A stretch of DNA of 64,000 bases. It comes from Azolla caroliniana. Lineage: Eukaryota; Plantae; Polypodiophyta. Position numbers and translations under genes: made by a program. Where the stretch lies: positions 10,850,001-10,914,000 of the forward strand of contig JBHGNT010000004.1 of assembly GCA_043228905.1 (NCBI GenBank), in the 5' to 3' direction. Below the pieces are notes generated by a model. It was not told the DNA's origin. It ran no database searches and saw only the letters and a list, made by a program, of their open reading frames with translations. Numbering within the stretch: the first letter of the stretch is position 1; every line of letters starts with the position of its first letter. Of the stretch, positions 25,356 through 36,800 are shown piece after piece.

Positions 25356-26701
25356 CACCCACAGTATGTATCCTTCTATCTGATGTCTTTTTTACACGAG
25401 TCCCTCGTGGTGGGACTAAAGAATCAGAAGTCTTGGGGCAATGCAGGACATGATCTCGTGGTGATTGTTGGAAGACATACCAATTGTCCTCGCAGTAATT
25501 TTTCACGGGGCTGATGTTTAAATCTTCCCAATGATTCTGGCAGGTTATTAGAGAGGAACAAAAATAAGATTCAAACTACCTTACTATAAACATGGAGTTT
25601 TATATCGAACATTGTCCCCAGGTCAGGCAATCCAAAGAACTTCGGGAAACTGTCCTTGTGTATCATACCAGAGACTTTTATACCATGCATCACAATGCAG
25701 TTGACAGTGATGTACTGATTTCAGCGATTAATATACGTTCACATCTAGCATACAATTCATAAGTGGTGTGTAGATCTTTTAGGAAGGGAGAATCTGTGTG
25801 GGGTTGTACTTGAAACAAGGAGGTTCATTGGACTTTCACACTGATCTTCACTTTTTCTCTACATTTCCCAGCCTCATGATTCAAGACCACCCATAACCCC
25901 TTAACACACAACCCCTAAACATGTAAAGTAGAGGTTCACTTCATTAGTTGGTCATGAGTGTATAACTATTATTGGGCATTGTGGGAATGGGTAACAGACA
26001 CAGCTTCGTTCCATCAAGCCATCTATGAGGAAGTTGATGTTAAAGATCTTGACTAGGGTCCTACAAAGTTGAAGTTTCACATATTGTATGGCAGTGATGA
26101 TTATTAATTGTTCAGCTTGGTCTGTATCCAGTAAATCTGTAAAGCTTTTACTTGATTTGTGGTGACGCAGCTATGTGATATTCAGATCAATGTATTCATT
26201 ATGCAAAATTTACACAGTTGATGAACAGATACTTTTGTATGAAAATTAACTCCCGCATCCAGACTTTGCCAATTACGTGTAAGTGATTGAATATCCAACT
26301 GTAATGTGATATAGATAGATGTGATGAGGATTGCAATTTTCTTTAAATTTGGCAAAGAGCAAAGGATCAATCAATGTCCTTGGAAATGGTTTACTGGGAG
26401 GAAATCCTTAGAGCTAAGGACATGCTCAGAGCCAACATTAATCTCAAGAACACTGATGATGAGCAGGAAGAACAGAAGCTTGATCCACCATATCCACGAG
26501 AATCAGATGAATCATAGTCATGGTGATCCTCATTATCAGATCAATCAGTCATGGACCATGGTGATCCTCAGAAACAGAATCAATATCAGAGTCATCAGGA
26601 TGATGGCGATGATCAGAAAAATATGAAGAATCTGAGGACGACGAAGAGAAGGAAGGTGAATGGTCTTGGGAATACTGCCATAGAAGTTGAAGCTTTAGTT
26701 C

Positions 26702-26849
26702 ACTTGCCACTCTCTTGCTCTGTACCCCTCTTTCTCTCACTTTCAATACTTTAATAATTTCTAAAGTATTGAAACTACATGCCACTCCCTTGCTCTGTCT
26801 CCCTCTTTCTAGTGTTTAGTACTTTAATCATTTCTAAAGTATTGAAACT
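26702..26849. repeat. ~75-bp tandem duplication with a 13-bp perfect inverted repeat
   Basis: TGCCACTC(T/C)CTTGCTCTG...TTTCTAAAGTATTGAAACT occurs twice. The first copy has TTTCAATACTTTA-N8-TAAAGTATTGAAA. Confidence 0.8.
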
Positions 26850-27079
26850 TATGACATGTGATTCAATCAATACCATTCTTATGTATCCAATCCAAACGTT
26901 GAGATGATTTACCATACACGTATTATTGAATCATTCTCTAATGCGAATGCTCGTATGATACGAATGGTTTATTCTATGATCATATTAATGTCAAGTAGTC
27001 ACAGTGTGATTTAGGTAACCGACAAGTATTCATACCATGTAAAAACTCATGGTGATTTCTTACATCAAAATTAGGAAGT

Positions 27080-27535
27080 TTAGAAGTCAATTAGACTAGT
27101 TTTCATTAAAAAATCCCATTAAGAAGTCAATTATCCTTGTTTTCATCAAAAATCCCATTAGTCTAGTTTAATAGTCCTAAAGACTAACAATCCCTGTTTT
27201 CATCAAAAAATGAAAGTTACTCTAAAAAAATAACGATCCTTGTTTTCATTAAAAAAGTGGAGGATACTTAAAAACATTACCATTATGATATGTAGATTTT
27301 AATGAGAAACATTTGATTTGTCAATGCTATCAATATCCATGGACATTATCCTAATAAACTATGGAGGTTCTATTATGTGGCTATTAAGTTACGATACTGA
27401 TAAACATTTGATTGTCAAAGCTACAAATATCCGTTAACTATCCTAATAAAGCTATACAAGGTCTATTATGCGATTATGCGAATATTAACTTACAATACTC
27501 AGAAACATTTGATTGTCAATGCTACAAATATTTAT
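27080..27535. repeat. AT-rich degenerate tandem repeats between the PHY and RPL6 3' ends
   Basis: GTTTTCAT(T/C)AAAAA occurs four times, then AAACATTTGAT(T)TGTCAA(T/A)GCTA three times about 100 bp apart. Confidence 0.7.
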
Positions 27536-28268
27536 GCAGTTCCAACACAGTATACATGTTCATGACTAGAGCTGAAACTATTTGAAACATTAGAAAAAGC
27601 CCACACTTCATCAGATATACTATCTGCTCTTGCAAATTTCCAGCAGTCAGGTTACACAGCCACAAACATCCTGGACATAATAAGACCCAGACACCAATCA
27701 GAATAATGGCTATATACCCGTGGAAGCAATAACCAATGTACTCCATATCATCTAACTTGAGCATAGTCTTGACCTCTGTTGACATCTGCAACTTAATACA
27801 GATTACGTACAGCTCTATGGAAATTTTAGTGACGACTACAGAAGGGAATGAAGAAACAACAATCTTCTTGTTTTATTTTGAAGATACAATTTGTACTGGC
27901 TTTTACCTTTTTCATTTTCTTATAACCCTTGGGAGGAGAGTCCAGATCTATTAAATTATAATTTACTGGAAGAGAGAGAGTTAGAACTTAATAACAGAGA
28001 TCCGTATGACCAGCATTACACATTCAGCAAAGTCTCAATTGAATAACTATATCATTGTCTTTCTTTGTAAACAACAGAAAAGCAACTTTTGCAAGAACCA
28101 AAAATAGACTGCGCAAACAATTACTTTTAACCTCAGAAAATCTTTAAGCTTCTCACACTGAAGTAAATAGAACAGCATTTTCGAAGAAAAAAAGAAAATT
28201 TCCGTGTTCACAACAAAACTCTGATTAATGAAAACATACAACGCTATTAGCCTACCACAAAAGTCTAT

Positions 28269-29643
28269 TTAGAAAACCAACTCATGTGGCTTCACTCCAG
28301 ATTTCAAACTGAACCTAGCACTCAAGTATGCCTTCATGTCAGGGATCGCCTCAATAGCAGATATAATTTTTGAATCAATAGCTTTCTGATCTTCTTTCTT
28401 CTCTGCTGGAAAGGTCTTAGTTTCCTGAAAGTACATTTACATCCCATCAGAAAAACATGTGATCCGGACATATTAATTATAACATAAATTTGGCTATATA
28501 CCTCTTTCTCAGCCTCAAAGAACTCGCTCTCACTTTTCTTCTTCTTGATAATTTCCTTCTTGAAGTAGCTGTCGGTGATCTTGCTTGCATCCACACAGCT
28601 CACATCTATCTTGGTTGAAGTTGCAATGACATATGATTGGCTAACCCTGCGGAGAGGTACTCCATTGAGCTTGAATGGGCCTTTAAAATATGTAAGACAT
28701 CACCAGATAAATAAGATTAGTACTGAAATGTCGCATGGGATAAGCATATGGTAACAGTAGAGTGCATAACCTGGCAATAGGACGAAATTACATGCCATAA
28801 ACTAACATGTAATTACATAATATATAAGAAGGGCAGAAACCTGTAATCAATAACAATCCAGACTCGAGCTGCTTGAGGAACACTACACGTTTCCCCTTGA
28901 AATGACCAGCAAGCAAGATCAATACAGTTCCTGGGGTGATGCTATCTCTGCAAAGACACGCTTTCTAGCACAATCAGATATAGCAAGAGAGAAATTTCCG
29001 CCACGAGATGTTCCCCGCAGTAGAAACTTTAAGATAATTAACGAAATCTGGAACATCTATCCAGCATGATGAATGCAAATAAGTGAGAAAGAAAGAACAC
29101 CCCACTGGACGACACGTCTTACATATGACGCACCTACATTGAATCTTTCATGAGACAAGAGCATATAACAAAACTCATATAGATCCATTCAGTCCAACGA
29201 ATATATTTATAACAGATGGCAACGATAATCTAGGTCGGAGTAACAGACGAATACAAGCACTGCTTGGGATCCACAGACAGAAACAGGCACGCCGAAAGAC
29301 CAATTGAGGGAGGACGTGTAAAACACAGAAAACGAGCAGAAATCAGTAGTGTGAGCATTCTTGTTTGCTGTGCGTACCTGAGCTTGGTCTGCTTGTTGAT
29401 GTGCTTGTTGCGAAGAGGCTTGGCAATGTCGTCGGCGGGGTAGAACTTGGGAGGTTTGGTGGCAGGAAGGGGAGGCTGGGATGGTTTGTGGTGAGTGGGG
29501 AAGGAGCCACCATTCTTGGCCTTGATGGCCCACAGCCCCCTCTTGTGGTACACGCGAGAGCGAGAGAAGCTCCCAACGCCTCGTACAAGCTCCTTGTTGC
29601 GAGAAGAAGACCTTGCCTTCGATCCTCCTGCAGGCTTCGTCAT
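28269..29643 (-). CDS. RPL6: 60S ribosomal protein L6 (eL6), exons 29643-29378, 28947-28841, 28680-28502, 28424-28269; 235 aa
   Basis: Motifs [81 protein letters not shown] introns in phase, total 708 nt. Confidence 0.97.
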
Positions 29644-29693
29644 GCCTACCCGCTTCCTTCCTGATGATGATGATGATGATGATGATGCTGTTG

Positions 29694-29697
29694 CTGC

Positions 29698-29730
<33 letters not shown>

Positions 29731-29809
29731 GAGAGAGAGAGAGAGAGAGAAGACCGAGGATGGAGAGTTGGAGACTTCCCAAAACCCTAATCCTCTTTTG
29801 CTTTCACAC
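29694..29809 (-). promoter_or_regulatory. Probable RPL6 5'-UTR intron containing a telo-box (AAACCCTAA 29782-29790)
   Basis: CAG|GTGTGA donor, (CT)n/(CTGT)n pyrimidine tract and TGCAG acceptor. Telo-boxes are typical of plant ribosomal-protein genes. Confidence 0.55.
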
Positions 29810-32800
29810 CTGTCCGCCCGCTCCACAGGTTCTCTATCGATATTCCGGCGGAAAGAAAGAGGGAGGGATGGCCTGTGGCTCTCGCTCCGTTCGCGTTTCC
29901 GCCGGCAAATGCCCAAATATCACACATTTCCTCTCTTTCTTTCTCTTTTCATAGCCTAATGAGAAAAATTAAGGGACACTTGAGAAAAGAAACACACATG
30001 GCAGGCATCAACAAATCAATCAATAAAACTATGAAGTGTTTGGAGTGACATGACCTAAGACCACCTCAACCTAATGATGATTTGGATTTGGCCTTCTAAA
30101 GATGTCCTTGGGATCCCCCATTTGCGTCCTCTTTCCTTTTTTGTGAACTTCTTCACTTTCTATTACTTCCATAGTTTGCTGAAAAGCTTTGGGCGACCGG
30201 CCAAGTCCATATAAATAACACCCAATATAAATATGTGCTTTTAAACTCCCTCCTATCGTCATCCCCCATCCACACATACATATAAATATATACATACATC
30301 AGCCACCACAAATCCAAACGACTTCATATACTTACAACCACCACAAATCCGGAGTCCTTAGCCCTTAATTGTTACGGGCATGACCATAGAATATCCCGTG
30401 GTAAGAATTTACCGTAGTATTCTATACACGTGGATAAGTGTGAGGGTTAAACGAGAGTGTAAAGAAGGGGAGGATTACTTTTAAATCCTCGAGATTGAGA
30501 CAACCCATTAGGCCAAGTGTGAACTTGCCTAGGGGCCTTGGGTATCGCTATAAATAAGAGGCCTAGCTACCCTCATTTCATTAACTCGTTGACTACGTCG
30601 AGACTCTGTCTTGTGGTGGGTCAACTCTTGTAGCGAGCGCGCTAGCCCCAGGTACGACTCGACGCCACAGCGGTGGTATGGGACGCCGATCAAGGCTCGA
30701 GTCCGTCTCGATCCCTTCGCTCGGGGGTGGTCGGGTGGATCGGCACCCTTCTTTCTCTCTCTCCTCTCTATCTAGATCTATCTATTCATCTATATTCTAT
30801 CCTTATCTAATGCTTACATTAGTGTAGAAAGTAGCGTGCGGAAGCAAGTATAAAGACAGAACGGAAGGAAGAACACTCAGGTTTAATGGAGAGCTTGAGC
30901 TTACGCAGTATACGCGGGAGAGACCGAGAGAGTAAGAGAGTATATTCAAGAAAGACAAAAAACAATACATATATGTGTTCAATGAACACTTTGTACAAGT
31001 CCTAGAAGGACTGACCGAAGTACTGACAGTACTTCAATGCTCATTAAGAGCTCCTATACTAACTCCCAAATATATTCCTCACGGAATATCTTTCCTAACG
31101 GCCTAACCGATCGGTCCCAACCAATCCGGTCCTCGGCTTCTTCAGCCGATCCGGCCGATGTTGAGCTTGTCTCTCAACACTCCCCCTTAAGCTCAACTTG
31201 AGGCTCTTCGGGATCTTCACAGCTCCGGTTCCTCCTGGCTTCATGCCTCGCTCGCGCTCCTCGACTTGTTCGACTCCGCGCGCTTCGACCCTTCTGGTCG
31301 GCTTGTCTGCTCATGTGGCCCTTATCAGCTCTTCTGTTGTTGCGGTGTCGACACTTCTTCTGCTGCCTTTTCTTCCGCTTGGGCCTCGGTTGATTCAACG
31401 TGTCTGAATCAAACATCCGAACCGACTCAACTACCTCCGATCGGTTTTCGCTCTCGTCCGAGTTGGCTGTCTCCAACTCGTCTTCGGTCATCTCGCCCTC
31501 GATGGCGTCATCTTCCCCATGCGTGGTTGGCTTCGGCTCTCTCCTTCAGCTGCTCCCCTTCTGTCCGCTTTCGGACTTTTCCGCGGGTCCGCCCTCGGCT
31601 TCTTCAGCCGATCCGAAGTTGAACTCGACAACCGACTCGGTGTCGCGGTCTCCGCTCCTTTCCTGCTACCTTGCTTGGTCGTTCGGGACTGTTCTCCCCC
31701 TCAAGTTTGGCACGTCGAGGTGACACAATCCGAGCGCACCTGAGAATTGCCGCAACTTGTCCAGACCAAGAGGCTTTGTGAAGATGTCGGCAGTCTGCCG
31801 ATCCGTCGGCACGTACTAAAGTTCGACTTCACCGGAAAGGACATGCTCTCGGATGAAATGGTAGTGCACCTCAATGTGCTTGGTCCGTGCGTGGAAAACG
31901 GGGTTCTTCGCGAGCTGGATGCTGCTGAGGTTGTCGCAGTAGATCGTCGTCGGATCTGACACCTTCGCTTGCAGGTCCTTAAGTAGCCGCTTCAACCATA
32001 TGGCTTCGCATGTCGCGACAGCCGCTCCTCGGTACTCAGTTTCGGTGCTCGACAGTGCAACTGTCGGCTGCTTCTTACTGCTCCACGCGATCACGACACT
32101 CCCGAGGGAGAACGTGTATCCGGACGTGGATCGGCGATCGGCGGCGTTGCCAGCCCAATCAGCATCGGTGTAGCCGACTAACTGCGCGGCTACACCGGTC
32201 CGATATAGCAGTCCGCGGTCCTTAGTGCCACTTACGTACCGCAGTACGCGTTGCGCACACTGAAGGTGCTCCTCGGTAGGTCGCGCCATGAACTGACTGA
32301 TCACCTCGACCGGATAACTGAGGTCGGGTCGGGTGATGGTCAAGTATATGAGGCTTCCGACAATTTGTCGGAACCTTGTCGGGTCGCATACCTTTCCCGT
32401 ATCGGGACGAAGCTTGATGGTTTTGTCCAGAGGAGTCGAGACGGACTTACATTCGGCCATCCCGAGTTTGAAGAGCATACCCAACACGTAATGACGTTGG
32501 CTGATCAATATGCCTTCGGGGGTACGGATCACTTCGATCCCGAGGAAGTAATGAAGGTCCCCCAAATCCTTCATGTTGAACGATGCCGCAAGTTGGAGCT
32601 TCACGCGGTCGATTTCACCTTGGTCGACGCCGGTGATGACCAAGTCATCGACATATAGTAGAATACTAACCGATCCGAGTCGACCTTTCCGGATGAACAA
32701 CGAAGAGTCCGATTTTGACGTGACGAAGCCCATCCAACGCAGTTGTTGCGTGATCTTCGCGTTCCAAGCACGTGGGGCTTGCTTCAGTCCGTAAAGGGAC

Positions 32801-33899
32801 TTCTTCAATCGGCATATTGTCGAGGAGTTCGTTCCGGAGTGAAATCCGGGGGGCTGTACCATGTACACTTGTTCCTCAAGGTCACCTTGCAGGAACGCAT
32901 TCTTTACATCCATTTGATGTAGGTGCCACCCCTTGGTCGCGGCTACTGCGAGCAAAACACAGACGGTCGTCATTCTCGCAACCGGCACAAATGTCTCATC
33001 GTAGTCGATGTCGTGTTTCTGCGCGTAGCCCTTTGCCACTAGTCGAGCCTTGTACCGGTTGACCGAGCCATCGGTGTTGTACTTGACTTTGTACACCCAC
33101 CTACACCCGATCGGTTTTACCCCTCTTGGTGCGTCAACCAGGTCCCAGGTTTCGTTCTCCGCCAATGCGTGCATCTCTTCCTCCATCGCGGCACGCCAAT
33201 TCACGTCTTTAGCCGCTTCTGTGTAGCTCTCCGATTCACGCACTTCCGCTACACAGGTCATGTACGCATAATGATGCGCCATGTACTCGTTGTATCCGAA
33301 CCACAAAACAGGATTCTTTTGGCGGGTAGATCGGCGTAATCTCGCATTAGCCGATGTCGAGGCCTTCTCGATCGACGCGGACTTCACTTTTAAAGACCCG
33401 TCACCGGTTCCCTCGGAGTCGGACTCGCGTCGGTCTGACTCGTTCCTATCTGTGCCGGAATCCGACACCTTCTTCTTCCCTTTCTCTTTGCGCGTAAGCC
33501 GTCTCCTCGACTTCCTGCGCGGGGAATGCACGACCGAGTCTCCACTACTCGCCAGCTCTTTATCGGACTGGTCGTACTGACCTAGTCGTCCAATCGATCC
33601 ACTTAAACGGAGTGAAATCGGACTCTCTTCGCGGGTCTCGATTTCGGGCTCATCCGGAGGCATCTCGGCCTCGCTGACCTCATCGTCAGAGCTCGGATTG
33701 GAGTCGGGGTTCGTAGTCGAGGGGAGGTACCAGGACGCGGACTCGTCAAACACAACGTCGCGGCTGACACGCGCTTGTTTGGTGCGAGGGTTATAGCACT
33801 TATAACCCTTCTGCTCGTCCGAGTAATCGACCAAGATGCATTTCTCGGCCTTTGCGTCTAGCTTCCTCCTTTTCTACTTCGGTATATGCACATACGCAA

Positions 33900-36800
33900 T
33901 GTTGGGATTACGGTACCTCCGGATGGGATGGTCGGATGTCCGGGAATCGGGAATGAAGACCCGAATGAGGAGTACCCGGTATCGGAGCCGGATGATGAAG
34001 ACCCGGTTCCGGATCCGGATGATGAAGACCCCGGCTACGGAGCCGGATGACGAATGTACCCGGAGAGAGATCCGGATGCGGGGACATATTTGTGAATATG
34101 TTTGCCAAGGGCCCTTGAGGCTATACTTGTAAATAGCCCGAAAGTCATATGTGTATAAATATGACTTAGGGCAAACAGTTTTATGTTGTTGCTCATTTTT
34201 TCTGTTTTCCACTCAGAGGGAGCGAAGTGAGAGCAGCCGAGAGAGAGAGTGAGAGCGAGAGAAAGGAAGAGGTCGACGCCTCTGTGTAATACCGCCGCCT
34301 GTGGCGAGGACAGCGAGCTCAAGGTCGTCGCCTTGCAGCTCACCATTGTACATTCCTTGCGTATAGTGATAGTTGGAGTTTTGCACTCCCGTGGTTTTTC
34401 CCGTCTAGGGTTTTCCACGCTAAACCCTGTGCATTCGAGTCTCTCTCTGTGTTTTCAATTTACTGCTACATTGATCCGTGTTTCCTCAGTTGTGGCCGAG
34501 AGGTGAAGGTTTTAAAAGCGTCAATCCTAACAATCTGGTATCAGAGCTACTGCAGTGCAAAAAATGGAAGGCGGCAGCAGCGGGCAGCCGGGGATGATAG
34601 TGCTGAATGCGCAGAACTACGCCGACTGGAAGATAAAGATGGAGGATCTGCTCATTGTTCGGGACCTGTATGAACCGATCGACAGGTCGGAAATACCCAA
34701 GGGGGTACTTGAGACGGAATGGAGGCTTCTGAACCGGAAAGCCGTTGCAACCATTCGGCAATACGTCGACGTGAGCGTTCTACAACATGTGGCGAACGAC
34801 ACCAACGCATATGAGATGTGGCAGAAGCTGTCGGGCCTCTACGAGAGGAAGAATGCGTTGAACCGGACCTCCCTGATGAGGAAGATAGTGAACCTCAAGT
34901 ACCGGGACGGCGAGAGTATGGTGGAACACGTAAGCACGTTCATGGGATTCGTGAACCAGCTTGCGGCGATCAAGTTCCCGTTGGAGGATGCAATGCAAGC
35001 CATCATCCTGATGTGTACATTGCCGGCAAGCTGGGAGAACTTGGTGGTGACTCTCAGCACCTCCTGCACCGAAGATAACTTGTCCCTACAAACGGTAAAG
35101 ACAAGCATTTTGAACGAAGAAGCGCGTCGGAGAGATAAAGAACCGGCCTCCGATCCGAAGATGCTGCTTACCGAATCGGATCGGGGAAGACAACGGAACC
35201 GGAGTCCGCAAAGACGGGAGAAGTCGGGGACCCGGTCGCAGTCAAGAGGAAGGCCCACATGCTTCCACTGTGGGAAGCCGGGGCACTTCCGAAAGAATTG
35301 TCGGCATTACCGAAAAGACAACGGAGCCGACGACACCGATTCGAAGAAGTCTTCGGAACGAAACGGTGCTTACCGGGGAGCCACGGACCGGAATGGTTCG
35401 GATCGGAGAGGGCAGGACCGGAAAGGAACGACGGCACTCGCGGCAAGTGAAGAGGAGATCATGCTCATCACCGAAGAAGGTGAACTAAACATTGCCGGCG
35501 ATGAGACTACCTGGGTGGTCGATTCCGGAGCGTCGTTCCACCTGACCCCGGAAAGAAGATACTTCTCATCCTACACAGCCGGTGAGCATGGCTGTGTTCG
35601 GATGGGAAATGAAGGTACGTGCCGGATTGCCGGCATAGGAGACGTGTGGTTGACAACCTCGACCGGATGCAAAATGTTGTTGAAGGATGTCCGACACGTT
35701 CCGGAGGTTCGATTGAACCTGATTTCGGCCGGGAGGCTAGACAATGAAGGCTACACAGGTAGCATCCGAAACTGCGTAATGAAGTTCAGCAAGGGGAGCC
35801 TGATAGTGGCTCGGGCCCGGAAAGTCAACACACTGTACCTTATGAATGCCTGGTTGTGTCCGGAGGAGTTGAACGTGGCAGCCGACACTGCCGGTGAGCT
35901 GTGGCACAAGAGACTGTGCCACATGAGTGAGAAGGGGATGAAGAGGCTTGCAGAAGACAACCTTATTCCAGTGAAGCATGTGCACCTGGAGAAGTGCACC
36001 GATTGCCTGGCCGGTAAGCAGAACCGAACCTCCTTCCACTCAAGGCCACCGACGAGACGTAGCGCACCATTGGAGTTGGTGCACACTGACGTGTGTCAAG
36101 TAGAAACGAAGTCACATGGCGGAGCCCAGTACTTCGTGACATTCATTGATGACCACAGCCGGAAGCTGTGGATGGCACCGTTGAAGACAAAGGACCAAGT
36201 GTTGTGCGTCTTCAAAGAACTCCACGTGAGAGTGGAAAGGGAATCCGGCAAGAAGCTGAAAGCGATACGAGCGGATAACGGAGGGGAATACCGGGGGCAG
36301 TTCGAGGAGTACTGTCGCTCGAAGGGAATCCGGCTCGAGTTTACTGTGCCGAAGATGCCGGAACTGAACGGGCTGGCCGAGAGGATTAACCGGACCATAA
36401 TGGAGAGGGTCCGGAGTATGCTGGCGCATGCGAAATTACCCAAGGGGTTTTGGGCTGAGGCAATGTCGACGGCGACATACGTGATAAACAGATCACCCTC
36501 AGTACCTTTGGACGGAGACACGCCGCAGAGAGTGTGGACCGGTAGGGAAGTATCCTACCGGCATCTGAAGGTGTTCAGGTGTCTTGCATATGTGCATGTG
36601 GTAAAGGACCGGAGAGGAAAGCTAGATCCAAAGACCCGGCCATGCATATTCCTCGGTTACGGCGATGACGAGTTCGGCTACCGAGTATGGGACCCGGTCG
36701 ACAAAAAGATATTCCGGAGTCGTGATATCATCTTCATGGAGGACAAGACACTCGCCGACTGGGAGTCAGAGAAGAAGATGAAGAGCTCCAAGTCGACCGG

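Noticed and set aside
29230-29916. 228-aa ORF as an N-terminally extended RPL6
   Set aside because: The extension runs through microsatellites and a likely leader intron. Homology begins near ATG 29643.
33836-34506. Short ORFs in the D LTRs (repeated at 38592-39309)
   Set aside because: Translations of LTR tandem repeats with no recognisable protein motif.
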